Source: an uncultured delta proteobacterium
GTDB lineage: Bacteria; Myxococcota_A; Polyangia; Fen-1088
Length of the DNA: 64,000 nt
Assembly: GCA_963767925.1 (NCBI GenBank)
Contig: CAVYGB010000010.1
Coordinates: forward strand, 58,606 to 122,605
Direction of reading: 5' to 3'
The notes beneath the pieces were generated by a model. It made no database searches and was not told where the DNA came from. It saw only the letters and a list, made by a program, of their open reading frames with translations. A program made the translations under genes and the position numbers. How positions within the stretch are numbered: position 1 is the stretch's first letter; the number at the start of each line of letters is the position of its first letter. Below, in pieces: positions 1 to 9,638 of this stretch.

Positions 1-644
<644 letters not shown>

Positions 645-753
645 CGAGGACCGCGAAAGATAACAGATCGAGGCCCTCGGCGCCTCCGGTCTCTGCTTGA
701 CAGGGCGCGCGGCAAGCTCATCTTGCTGCTTCATTCGTGGGGTCCCGTGGGTC

Positions 754-1842
754 ATGAAACTCTTCGCTTGCCAGCATTGTGAGCAGATCCTCTTCTTCGA
801 AAACGTCGTCTGCACCCGCTGTGGCCACAAGCTGGCCTACCTGCCCGATCGAGACGTCCTGAGCGCGCTCGAGCCGGCGGAGGCGAGCGAGGACGAGCGC
901 TGGGAGGCCCTCTCCGAACGCAAGGAGAAGCGGCCGACCCTGTACAAGCTGTGCAGCAACTACCGGGAGCACGGGGTGTGCAACTGGGCGCTGGCGGCCG
1001 ACGACAGCGACACGTTGTGCCGGGCCTGCCGCCTCAACGGCGTCATCCCCAACCTCGGCGAGCCGGACGCCCAGGAGATCTGGTCGCGGCTCGAGGTGGC
1101 CAAGCACCGGCTGGTCTACAGCCTGCTGGCCCTGGGCCTGCCGGTCGAGCCCCGCAGCGAGGCCAGCCCGCGCGGCCTGATCTTCGAGTTCAAGCGGGAG
1201 CAGGACGGCGAGAAAGTGCTGACCGGGCACCACGACGGCATCATCACCCTCAACGTCGCCGAGGCCGACGACCCCTTCCGGGAGAAGATGCGGGTGCAGC
1301 TCGGCGAGGCCTACCGCACCCTGCTGGGTCACTTCCGCCACGAGGTCGGTCACTACTACTGGCAGCGCCTGGTCGGCGATGGCGCGTGGCTGGAACCCTT
1401 TCGCGAGCGGTTCGGCGACGAGACCGCGGACTACGCCGAGGCGGTGAAGCAGCACTACGACGCCGGCCCGCCGGCCGACTGGCGCGACCGGCACGTCAGC
1501 GCCTACGCCTCCATGCACCCCTGGGAGGACTGGGCCGAGAGCTTCGCCCACTACCTGCACATGGTGGACACCCTGGACACGGCCCGGGCCTACGGGCTGG
1601 TCCTGCGCCCGGAGGCGGGGTCGTCCCGGGCGGCGGCCCGGTCGGGCAAGCTGACCGCCCGCCGGCTCGACCTGCAGGAGTTCAACGACCTGCTGGCGGG
1701 CTGGGTGCCCCTCACCCTGGCGCTCAACAGCCTCAACCGGAGCATGGGCCTGGCCGACCTGTACCCGTTCGTCCTGTCGAAGACGGCCACCGACAAGATG
1801 CGCTTCGTCCACGACCTGGTGCTGGAAGCCGGCGAGGCCTGA
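754..1842 (+). CDS. Putative zinc-ribbon / HExxH zinc-binding metallopeptidase family protein
   Basis: N-terminal CxxC...CxxC zinc ribbon (FACQHCEQ...CTRCGHKL); HEVGH motif (HEVGHYYWQ) followed by a WEDWAESFAHY segment; normal amino-acid composition. The ATG at 754 is chosen over the upstream in-frame extension. Confidence 0.55.
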   Translation: MKLFACQHCEQILFFENVVCTRCGHKLAYLPDRDVLSALEPAEASEDERWEALSERKEKRPTLYKLCSNYREHGVCNWALAADDSDTLCRACRLNGVIPNLGEPDAQEIWSRLEVAKHRLVYSLLALGLPVEPRSEASPRGLIFEFKREQDGEKVLTGHHDGIITLNVAEADDPFREKMRVQLGEAYRTLLGHFRHEVGHYYWQRLVGDGAWLEPFRERFGDETADYAEAVKQHYDAGPPADWRDRHVSAYASMHPWEDWAESFAHYLHMVDTLDTARAYGLVLRPEAGSSRAAARSGKLTARRLDLQEFNDLLAGWVPLTLALNSLNRSMGLADLYPFVLSKTATDKMRFVHDLVLEAGEA

Positions 1843-1950
1843 TCCGGAAAAAACGTTCTCTGCGGGATCCTCGGAGGCTCGCGGCGCCGGCGGCCTGCGG
1901 CAGGGTGAATCCCTCCCCGGGGGGCGAGCTTCGTGATTTGATGCCGGGGC

Positions 1951-2652
1951 GTGCGAGGAAGCCTCTCCATCCCGCTCCTGCTGGCCGCGCTCCTGCCGCT
2001 CCCGGCGTCTGGCCAGGGCCCGGGGCTCCCGGCGCTCACGGTGGACTTCAAGCGGGCGCCGGTGGGCTCCTGGGCGGAGTACGCCATCCAGGTCGGCGAG
2101 GCGGGCGGCGCGACCCTGAAGGCGCGCTGGGCGCTGCTGGCCCGCGATGCCACCGGCAACACGCTCGAGCTGACCCTGTCCGGGCCGGGCGCAGGCGCCG
2201 CGCAGATCGGGGGCAAGGTTGTGACGCGCATGGTGCTGCTTCCCGATCCCATCGGTTCGGGCAAGCCGATCCGGCAGCTCGTGGTGCAGCTCGGTGATCG
2301 CGAGCCGGTCGAGGTGCCGCTCGATACCCCTGGCCTGCCCGGGCAGAAGTTCCAGAACGCCGATCCCAAGAAGCTCCTCGATCGCCCGTCGATCGCGGTG
2401 CCCGCCGGGTCGTTCGCCACCGGGCACTACCGGGATCTGCTCCCCGACAGCACGGTCGAGTCCTGGCTCAGCACCGACGTGCCCCCGCTGGGGGTGGTCA
2501 AGATCTACTCGGAGCCGCGCCCGGGCGCGCTGGGTCCGGGCGGCAAGCCGCTGCCGCCGGTGACCATGGAGCTCGTCGCCCACGGCAAGGACGCGCGGCC
2601 GGCCATCACCCGGCCCGCCCGCCCGCTGGCCGCGGGCCCCGAGCGGAGGTGA
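1951..2652 (+). CDS. Secreted hypothetical protein (signal peptide, GTG start)
   Basis: N-terminal signal-like LLLAALLPLPASGQG; balanced composition; no recognisable domain. Confidence 0.45.
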   Translation: MRGSLSIPLLLAALLPLPASGQGPGLPALTVDFKRAPVGSWAEYAIQVGEAGGATLKARWALLARDATGNTLELTLSGPGAGAAQIGGKVVTRMVLLPDPIGSGKPIRQLVVQLGDREPVEVPLDTPGLPGQKFQNADPKKLLDRPSIAVPAGSFATGHYRDLLPDSTVESWLSTDVPPLGVVKIYSEPRPGALGPGGKPLPPVTMELVAHGKDARPAITRPARPLAAGPERR

Positions 2653-2660
2653 TCCCCGCA

Positions 2661-5600
2661 ATGGCGCGACCCGGATCTCGACCGCTCCTCCCGCTGGCCC
2701 TGCTGGCGGCGCTCCTGAGCGCGGGCCCGCGGCTGGCGCGGGCCGCCGATCCGGCCGGAGCCCGGCTGGAGCGGCAATACCAGGAGGAGGTGCGCCCCTT
2801 CCTGCAGGGCTTTTGCCTGGGGTGCCACGGGCGGGACAAGCCGAAAGGCCAGCTCGATCTCAGCGCCTTTCCCGACGCAGCGTCGGTTGTGGGGGGCATC
2901 GCGAGCTGGCGCGCGGTGGCCGACGCCCTCACCGCCCGGGAGATGCCACCGGAGAAGGCCCGCCAGCAACCGGCCGAGGCGGCGCGCGCCCAGGTCGTCG
3001 CCTGGATCCATGCCCTCGAGCAGCACGAGGCGGAGCGAAACGCGGGCGACCCGGGCCGCGTGCTGGCCCGCCGGCTGAGCAACGCCGAATACGACTACAC
3101 CGTCCGCGATCTGACCGGCGTCGACCTCCGCCCCACCCGGGAGTTCCCGGTCGATCCCGCCAACGAGGCCGGCTTCGACAACTCGGGCGAGTCGCTCGTC
3201 ATGTCGCCGGCCCTGCTGAAGAAGTACCTCGACGCCGCCCGCACGGTGGCCGAACACGCGGTGCTGGCCCCCCGGGGGCTGGTCTTCGCCCCCTACCCTG
3301 CCGTCACCGACACCGATCGCGACCGCTACGCCGTCGCGCGCATCGTCGACTTTTACCAGCGGCAGCCCACCGACCTGGCCCGCTACTTCCTGGCCGCCTG
3401 GCGGTTCCAGCACCGGGCCGCGCTCGGTCAGCCGCAGGCCACCCTGGCGGCCGTCGCCGCCGAGGAGCGGGTGGACGCCGACTACCTCGGCACGGTCTGG
3501 CAGGCACTGGCCGGCGAGCGCGAGGAGATCGGCCCGCTGGCCCGCCTGCAGGCCATGTTCCGGGCCCTGCCCCCGCCCCCCGCGGCCGAGGCGGCGCGGG
3601 CCGGCTGCGGCGAGATGCGCGACTTCGTCTCCGAGCTGCGCCCGAAGCTGTCCCCCGACTTCCCGAATCTCGAGCTCAAGGGCGTGTCGGCGGGCAGCCA
3701 GCCGCTGGTGAAATGGAAGAACACCCAGCGCGCCCGCCACCGCTGGGCCTTCGATCCGGCCGCCCTGTACGTGCCAGCGCCGCGGCCCCCCGGCGAGGTG
3801 GGCCCCGGGACGGAGAAGGCGGTGGCCGGGCTGGCCATGGCGGTGGCCCACTTCTCCTTCCGGAACATCGTCCACGACTCGGCCCTGCCGATCCCCTACG
3901 GCGTGCACGAGCTGGCGGCCACCTTCGATCCGCCCGACCCGGCCCTGGCCATCCCCGACGAGGCCTCCCGGCCCCGCTACCAGGCGGCGTTTGCCCGCTT
4001 CTGCGCGGTCTTCCCCGATGCCTTTTACGTCCTGCAACGGGGGCGCGCGCACCTCGACCCGCCCAAGGACCGCAAGCAGAACGAGGAACAAGGCCGCCTG
4101 CTCAGCGCCGGGTACCACAACATGTTCGGCTTTTTCCGCGACGACCTGCCGCTCTACCAGCGCATCCTCGACGCCGAGGGCCGGCGCGAGCTCGATCGGT
4201 TGTGGGGGGAGCTGGACTTCATCACCCAGGCGCCCCGGCGGCAACACGCGGACTACATCTTCTACGAGCGGGCGGAGTCGGGCAGCATCAAGGGGCCGGC
4301 CTTCGACTTTCTCCGCTCGGAGGACAAGAGCGCCACCTCGGAGGCGACAATCCGCCGCCTCGCCACCGCCTACCTGGCCAACGCCCGGACCAGCCTGCGC
4401 AGCGGCGGCGGCGACGGGCGGGTCATCCCCATCCTCGAGCGCTTCTTCCGGGACGTCTCGGCGAACCTCCGGCGGGTCGAGCGGGAGCAGCGGGCGGCCG
4501 AGCCCCGCCACCTGGCCGCGCTGCTGACCTTCGCCAGCCGGGCCTACCGGCGGCCGCTGACCCCGGCCGAGCGCGCTGGCCTGCTGGGGTTTTATCGCTC
4601 GCTGCGCCGGGAGGGCCTGGATCACGAGGCCGCCGTCCGCGACTCGATCGCCCGCGTCCTCATGTCCCCCAACTTCCTCTACCTCAACACGAAGCCGGCG
4701 CTGGCCACCGCGCCGCCCGCCGCGGGGACCGGGGTGGGGCGGCTCGACGACCTCGCCCTGGCCAGCCGGCTGAGCTACTTCCTCTGGTCGAGCGCGCCCG
4801 ACGGGCCGCTGCTGGCCGCCGCCCGGGCCAGCCGCCTGGGCCGTCCCGGGGGGCTGGCGGCCCAGGCCCGGCGCATGTTGAAGGACGATCGGGCGCGGGC
4901 CCTGGCGGTGGAGTTCGGCGGGCAGTGGCTCGACTTCCGGCGCTTCGAGGAGCACAACGCCGTCGACCGCGGGCATTTCCCCGGCTTCGACGGGGCCCTC
5001 CGCCAGGCCATGTTCGAGGAGCCGGTCCGCTTCTTCCTCGACCTCGTCCAGCAGGATCGTTCGGTGCTGGACTTTCTCGACGCCGACCACACCTTCGTCA
5101 ACGCCCCGCTGGCCCGCCACTACGGCATGCCGGTCCCGGCGGGCGAGGCCTGGGTCCGGGTCGAGCAGGCCGGCCGGTACCAGCGGGGCGGCATCTTGCC
5201 GATGGCGGTCTTCCTGACCAAAAACGCGCCCGGGCTGCGCACCAGCCCGGTCAAGCGCGGCTACTGGGTGGTCCGGCGCGTCCTCGGTGAGCACATCCCC
5301 CCGCCCCCCGCCCAGGTGCCGGAGCTGCCGGCCGACGAGCGCAAGATGGGCGAGCTGACCCTGCGCGAGATGCTGGCCCGCCACCGGGAGAACGCGGCCT
5401 GCGCCGGCTGCCACGCCCGCTTCGATTCGTTCGGGCTGGCCTTCGAGGGGTACGGCCCGGTCGGCGAGCGGCGCACGGTCGACCTCGGCGGGCGGCCGGT
5501 CGACACGCGGGCGTCGTTCCCGCCCGGCAAGGGCGCGGGCCCGGCGGCGGGCGTTGAGGGCCTGGGCCTGGCGGGCCTGCGCGATCACCTGCGCGCCAAC

Positions 5601-5837
5601 CGCCAGGACGACTACCTCGACAACCTGTGCCGCAAGCTGCTCAGCTACGCCCTGGGACGTGGCCTCCTGCTCTCGGACGAGGCCACCATCCGGAAGATGC
5701 GGACCGGCCTGGCCGCCGGGGGCAACCGCTTCGGCGTGCTGGTGGAGACCATCGTGGGCAGCCCCCAGTTCCAGACCCGGCGGGTCGGAGACGTCAGCGC
5801 GGCCCTGGTGTCCCCGGGCGGCGGGGAGGTGCAGTAG
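2661..5837 (+). CDS. PSD/PSCyt-type protein (DUF1587/DUF1592/DUF1595/DUF1588/DUF1585 family), secreted, with an N-terminal heme-like CxxCH motif
   Basis: Signal peptide; FCLGCHG (CxxCH) near the N-terminus; 1,058-aa single ORF with normal composition; immediately followed by a DUF1552-type gene, the canonical pairing for this family. Confidence 0.75.
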   Translation: MARPGSRPLLPLALLAALLSAGPRLARAADPAGARLERQYQEEVRPFLQGFCLGCHGRDKPKGQLDLSAFPDAASVVGGIASWRAVADALTAREMPPEKARQQPAEAARAQVVAWIHALEQHEAERNAGDPGRVLARRLSNAEYDYTVRDLTGVDLRPTREFPVDPANEAGFDNSGESLVMSPALLKKYLDAARTVAEHAVLAPRGLVFAPYPAVTDTDRDRYAVARIVDFYQRQPTDLARYFLAAWRFQHRAALGQPQATLAAVAAEERVDADYLGTVWQALAGEREEIGPLARLQAMFRALPPPPAAEAARAGCGEMRDFVSELRPKLSPDFPNLELKGVSAGSQPLVKWKNTQRARHRWAFDPAALYVPAPRPPGEVGPGTEKAVAGLAMAVAHFSFRNIVHDSALPIPYGVHELAATFDPPDPALAIPDEASRPRYQAAFARFCAVFPDAFYVLQRGRAHLDPPKDRKQNEEQGRLLSAGYHNMFGFFRDDLPLYQRILDAEGRRELDRLWGELDFITQAPRRQHADYIFYERAESGSIKGPAFDFLRSEDKSATSEATIRRLATAYLANARTSLRSGGGDGRVIPILERFFRDVSANLRRVEREQRAAEPRHLAALLTFASRAYRRPLTPAERAGLLGFYRSLRREGLDHEAAVRDSIARVLMSPNFLYLNTKPALATAPPAAGTGVGRLDDLALASRLSYFLWSSAPDGPLLAAARASRLGRPGGLAAQARRMLKDDRARALAVEFGGQWLDFRRFEEHNAVDRGHFPGFDGALRQAMFEEPVRFFLDLVQQDRSVLDFLDADHTFVNAPLARHYGMPVPAGEAWVRVEQAGRYQRGGILPMAVFLTKNAPGLRTSPVKRGYWVVRRVLGEHIPPPPAQVPELPADERKMGELTLREMLARHRENAACAGCHARFDSFGLAFEGYGPVGERRTVDLGGRPVDTRASFPPGKGAGPAAGVEGLGLAGLRDHLRANRQDDYLDNLCRKLLSYALGRGLLLSDEATIRKMRTGLAAGGNRFGVLVETIVGSPQFQTRRVGDVSAALVSPGGGEVQ

Positions 5838-5838
5838 A

Positions 5839-7137
5839 ATGGCCGGCATGAACGGGCGGCGCTCGATTTCCCGCCGCGTCCTGCTCCGGGGCGCCGGGGT
5901 GGCGATGGCGGTCCCCTGGCTGGAGTCGCTGCCGGTGTGGGGCGCGACAACCCCGCCGAAGCGGTTCGCGGTGCTGTTCATGGGCAACGGCATCAACGCC
6001 AACCACTGGTGGGCCAAGGGCGCCGGCCGGGACCTGCAGCTCGGCAAGAGCCTGCAGCCGCTCGAGCCGCTCAAGGCCAAGATGAACTTCATCAGCGGCC
6101 TGTACAACAAGCCCTCGGTCGGCGTCGGCATCCACCCGGGCATGACCGGCGGCATCCTGTCGGGCGCCCCCTTGCAGAAGGGCTCGGTGCTCAAGGCCGG
6201 CGTCAGCATGGACCAGGTGCTGGCCGAGCGCCTCGGGTCCGAGACGGTGCAGCCGAGCCTGGTCCTGGGCTGCGAGCAGCCCAACACCGGGTTTCACGAG
6301 ACCAACTACTCGATGGCCTACAGCTCGCACATCTCCTGGCAGAGCCCGAGCTCGCCGGTGCCGCTGGAGGTCTACCCCTCGCTGGCCTTCGACAGCCTGT
6401 TCGAGAACCGGGGCGGCAAGCGCCTGCGCAGCATCCTCGACGCGGTCAAGGACGACGCCTCTGGCCTGAGCCGGAAGATCGGGGCCAGCGATCGGACCAA
6501 GCTCGACGAGTACCTCACCAGCGTGCGCGAGGTGGAAAAGCGGGTCGAGCCGCTGCGCCCGACCGCGGCCGCCCAGCGCCAGCCGGAGCCGGCGACCGCC
6601 CTGGCCCGGCCCCCCAAGGGCCTGCCCGAGGATCTGCGCGAGCATATGAAGCTGATGTGCGACGTCGCCGCCCTGGCTTTCCAGACCGACCGCACCCGGG
6701 TGATCTCGCTGATCTTGTGCCGGGATCTCTCGGGCCTGTTTTACCCCTTCCTGGGGGTGCGCGACGCCCACCACCCCGCCTCGCACCGCGACCTGTCCGA
6801 CGACTACGAGGCGATCACCCGCTACTACTGCGGGCAGCTCGCCTACCTCGCCACCCGGCTCGACCGCATGCCCGAGGGAGAAGGCACCGTGCTCGACAAC
6901 GCCTGCCTGCTGTTCCTGTCGAACATGTGGGCCGGCTGGAGACACGACAACAGCCGCCTGCCGGTCCTGACCCTGGGGGGCCTCGGCGGGACCCTCCGCA
7001 CCGGCCGCATCCTCGAGTATTACGACAAGCCCGACGAGGAGCGGAAGCTGTGCAGCCTCTACCTGTCCCTCCTGGACCGGATGGGGGTGAAGCTCGACCG
7101 GTTCGGCGACGCCGACCGGCGTCTGGCCGCCATCTGA
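5839..7137 (+). CDS. DUF1552 domain protein with Tat-like signal (partner of the upstream DUF1592-family protein)
   Basis: N-terminus MAGMNGRRSISRRVLLRGAGVAMAVPWLE (twin-arginine-like). Conserved segments HWWAKGAG, SHISWQS, LDEYLTSVREVEKRVE, LSNMWAGWRHD. The start lies 1 nt after the upstream stop. Confidence 0.75.
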   Translation: MAGMNGRRSISRRVLLRGAGVAMAVPWLESLPVWGATTPPKRFAVLFMGNGINANHWWAKGAGRDLQLGKSLQPLEPLKAKMNFISGLYNKPSVGVGIHPGMTGGILSGAPLQKGSVLKAGVSMDQVLAERLGSETVQPSLVLGCEQPNTGFHETNYSMAYSSHISWQSPSSPVPLEVYPSLAFDSLFENRGGKRLRSILDAVKDDASGLSRKIGASDRTKLDEYLTSVREVEKRVEPLRPTAAAQRQPEPATALARPPKGLPEDLREHMKLMCDVAALAFQTDRTRVISLILCRDLSGLFYPFLGVRDAHHPASHRDLSDDYEAITRYYCGQLAYLATRLDRMPEGEGTVLDNACLLFLSNMWAGWRHDNSRLPVLTLGGLGGTLRTGRILEYYDKPDEERKLCSLYLSLLDRMGVKLDRFGDADRRLAAI

Positions 7138-7147
7138 GCCGGCGCCG

Positions 7148-8206
7148 TCAGGGGAAGGCCAGCACGTCGGGCTCGCCGTAGAAGCCGGCCAGGGCCTCGA
7201 TGTGGCGCTGGGCGAACTCGCGCCGGGCGACAACCGCCCGGATCTCGCTGGCGGTGAGCACGTCTTCGGGGTCGCTCTCCTCGGACATCAGGCGCTCGAG
7301 GTTGGGCACCGTGACCCGGGCCAGCGAGCGATACAGCCGGCGGGAGAAGCGCTGGGTGCGCCCCAGGAGCTGGCGGTTGCGCTGGTGCCCCTCGGGGTTG
7401 AGGAAGAAGGCCATGGTGTTGTCCATGAAGAAGAGCTGCGATCCGTCGGGCGACATCTTGATGTTTCCGCCCGAGTAGCGGTCCGGGTTGGCGGTGAGGA
7501 AGTCGAACAGGATGAGGTCCGAGAGCTGGGCGGCCAGGGGGCGCTTCTCGGGCGGGATGAAGCTCCCCTGGATCAGCCAGGCGCCGCCCTCGCGTAGCCC
7601 CTCGCCCGTGTCGAGCCCGGAGTCCTTGATCTCCGGGATCCAGTAGGAGAACACCCCCGCTGTCCGTCCGAGCGGATTGAAGATGGTCTCGGCCCGGATG
7701 CGGGGGACTGCCGGCGTGCTCTCCGGGTGCAGCCGGGCCAGCAGGTCCTCGCGGCTGACCGCGCGGGTGGTGGCGGGCGGGACGGCGGCGAGGCCGAGCA
7801 GGCGGTTGAGCCGGTAGGCGGCCACCTCCTTGCGGGGGACCGTCTGTAGATTTGTCTGGGCCGGCTTGAAGGCGGCCCGAGATCCGTCGGCGAACTCGAC
7901 CCGGAAGGAGAGCGAGGAGCCGCCCTTGTTGAGCTTGAGGCGCACGATGGGCTGGTTGCGCACGCGGGCCAGCAGCAGATCGTCCGCCATGCCGAGGAAC
8001 ATCCCGGCCGGCTCGGCGATCACGGCCGGGTCGGGCGGATAGGAGATGTCCCGCCGGACCGGGTAACGCAGGGCCAGCTCGGCCCGGGCGCGCGCCTCCA
8101 TGTGCCGGGAGATGGTGGCGGCCGCCACCCCCATGCTGCCGCCGATGGCGAACAGGGCGGTCACCGCCAGCACCAGCTCGACGAGCACGTAGCGCAGCAG
8201 CGACAT
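7148..8206 (-). CDS. FAM20-like (Golgi casein kinase / secretory-pathway kinase fold) protein with N-terminal signal-anchor
   Basis: N-terminal TM LLRYVLVELVLAVTALFAIGG. Motifs AAFKP...EVAAYRLNRLLGLAAVPP and LILFDFLTANPDRY match the Fam20C signature (AVFKP...EIAAFHLDRILDFRRVPP; IFDFLIGNMDRHHYE). Confidence 0.6.
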   Translation of the reverse strand: MSLLRYVLVELVLAVTALFAIGGSMGVAAATISRHMEARARAELALRYPVRRDISYPPDPAVIAEPAGMFLGMADDLLLARVRNQPIVRLKLNKGGSSLSFRVEFADGSRAAFKPAQTNLQTVPRKEVAAYRLNRLLGLAAVPPATTRAVSREDLLARLHPESTPAVPRIRAETIFNPLGRTAGVFSYWIPEIKDSGLDTGEGLREGGAWLIQGSFIPPEKRPLAAQLSDLILFDFLTANPDRYSGGNIKMSPDGSQLFFMDNTMAFFLNPEGHQRNRQLLGRTQRFSRRLYRSLARVTVPNLERLMSEESDPEDVLTASEIRAVVARREFAQRHIEALAGFYGEPDVLAFP

Positions 8207-8362
8207 CGCCTACCGCTCCCGCCCGGAGGGGACGCCCGCCGCGGCTACGTTGATATACAGAGTAACATAAAATACAATCTTCATGAGAGGCAACGTGGAG
8301 GCCGGCGGGTCGGACGGGAACGCCGGCCGGGCGCGCCGCCGGGTCGTCGCGAGAACAAGGAT
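8207..8362. promoter_or_regulatory. AT-rich divergent promoter region between the FAM20-like kinase gene and the CelD-like GNAT gene
   Basis: gttgatatacagagtaacataaaatacaatcttcatgag (8243-8285) is the lowest-GC stretch in the window and sits between two divergent starts. Confidence 0.4.
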
Positions 8363-9584
8363 GGCGGCTTTGCGAGCATCGGTGATCCGGGACCTGGGGG
8401 GACTGGAGGCGATATCGGCAGAGTGGGAGGGTCTGCTGGAGCGGTCCGCGGCTCCGGAGATCTTTCGTACCCCCGACTGGATGTCGGTCTGGTGGCAGGT
8501 GTTCGGCGACGGCGGCCGGCAGCCCCTGGTGCTGGCTGTGCGGCAGGGTCGCACCCTGGTGGGCCTGGCCCCTTTCGTGCTGCGCGAGGTGGGATGGGGC
8601 GGGCGCGCCCGCCTGCGGCGCCTCGAGCTGATGGGCACCGGCGAGGATCGGGCCGACGAGGTCTGCAGCTACTTCGGGGACATCCTGGCCGCTCCCGGGT
8701 TCGAGGAGACCGTGTGCGAGGGGGTGTGGCGGTTCCTGCAGGACAACCGGTCGGTGTGGGACGAGGCGGTGTTCCCCGGATTGCTGAAGAGCGCGCTGCT
8801 GGCCCGCCTGCTCCGCTCGGCGGCTCACGACAGCGGCCGGGCCACGGCGGTCAGCGGCGCCGGACGCCGCTATTTCATGGACCTCTCGCGGGGCGACTTC
8901 GACGGCTTTCTCGCGGGGCTCTCCAAGAAGAAGATGAAGCGCTTCCAGTCGTACCGGCGGCGGCTGGAGAAGGAACAGACCTTCGAGGAGCGCATCACCT
9001 CGCCCGAGGACGTGCCCCTGTTTCTGCGAGAGATGTCCCGGCTCAACCGCCTCCGGCACGGGAGCAAGGGGCGCTCCTCGGCCTTCGGCAGCGCGAAGTT
9101 CCGCCGCTTCCACGAGCTCCTGACGCCCCGGCTCTGGCAAAAGGGGCAGCTCGACCTGCGCATGTGGAGGCGGGAGGGACGCTGCGTGGCCGCCCTCTAC
9201 CACTTCCTCTACGCGGGCACGGTCTACGGCTACCAGATCGGCTTCGACGCCGCCGCCTTCGGCAGCGTGTCGCCCGGCCTGGTCACCATCGGCCAGTCGA
9301 TCGAGTGGGCCTTCGCCAGCGGCTGCCGGCGCTTCGACTTTCTCGTCTCCGGAGACGGCTCTTACAAGGAGGACTATCCCTGCCAGACCGAGGAGGTGCT
9401 CGACCTGACGATCTACAACGACACCGCCGCGGGCCGGCTCATGAACCTGGCCCGCCAGGCCCGGGGAGCCCTCCGCGACGTCCGCGCCCACCTCGAGGCG
9501 GCCCAGGCCCGGCAGGCGCCGGCCCTCCCCGCCCCCGCCCCCGCCCCCGAGGCTCCCGCGGAGCAAGCCCAGCCGGCCGCCTAG
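8363..9584 (+). CDS. GNAT-superfamily acetyltransferase, CelD/BcsL/FemAB-like (Acetyltransf_6-like). An alternative start lies at 8283.
   Basis: About 400-aa ORF of normal composition; the C-terminal half (YHFLYAGTVYGYQIGFD...RFDFL) resembles CelD-like GNAT proteins. Divergent from the FAM20-like gene across an AT-rich promoter region. Confidence 0.5.
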
Positions 9585-9638
9585 CGCACCAGTGCGCCCG
9601 GTCCCGGGACCCGGATCCGGTTCGATCGAGCGCCCGCT

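Noticed and set aside
718-2661. 647-aa ORF on the minus strand opposite the metallopeptidase-like and secreted hypothetical genes
   Set aside because: Extremely Arg/Gly/Ala/Pro-rich low-complexity translation typical of antisense frames in 70% GC DNA; the sense-strand genes have normal composition and recognisable motifs.
2505-6287. 1,260-aa minus-strand ORF, plus the 825-aa and 414-aa plus-strand alternative-frame ORFs, overlapping the DUF1592/DUF1552 genes
   Set aside because: Antisense or out-of-frame artefacts (RG-rich, no motifs). The in-frame genes carry a signal peptide, CxxCH and conserved DUF segments.
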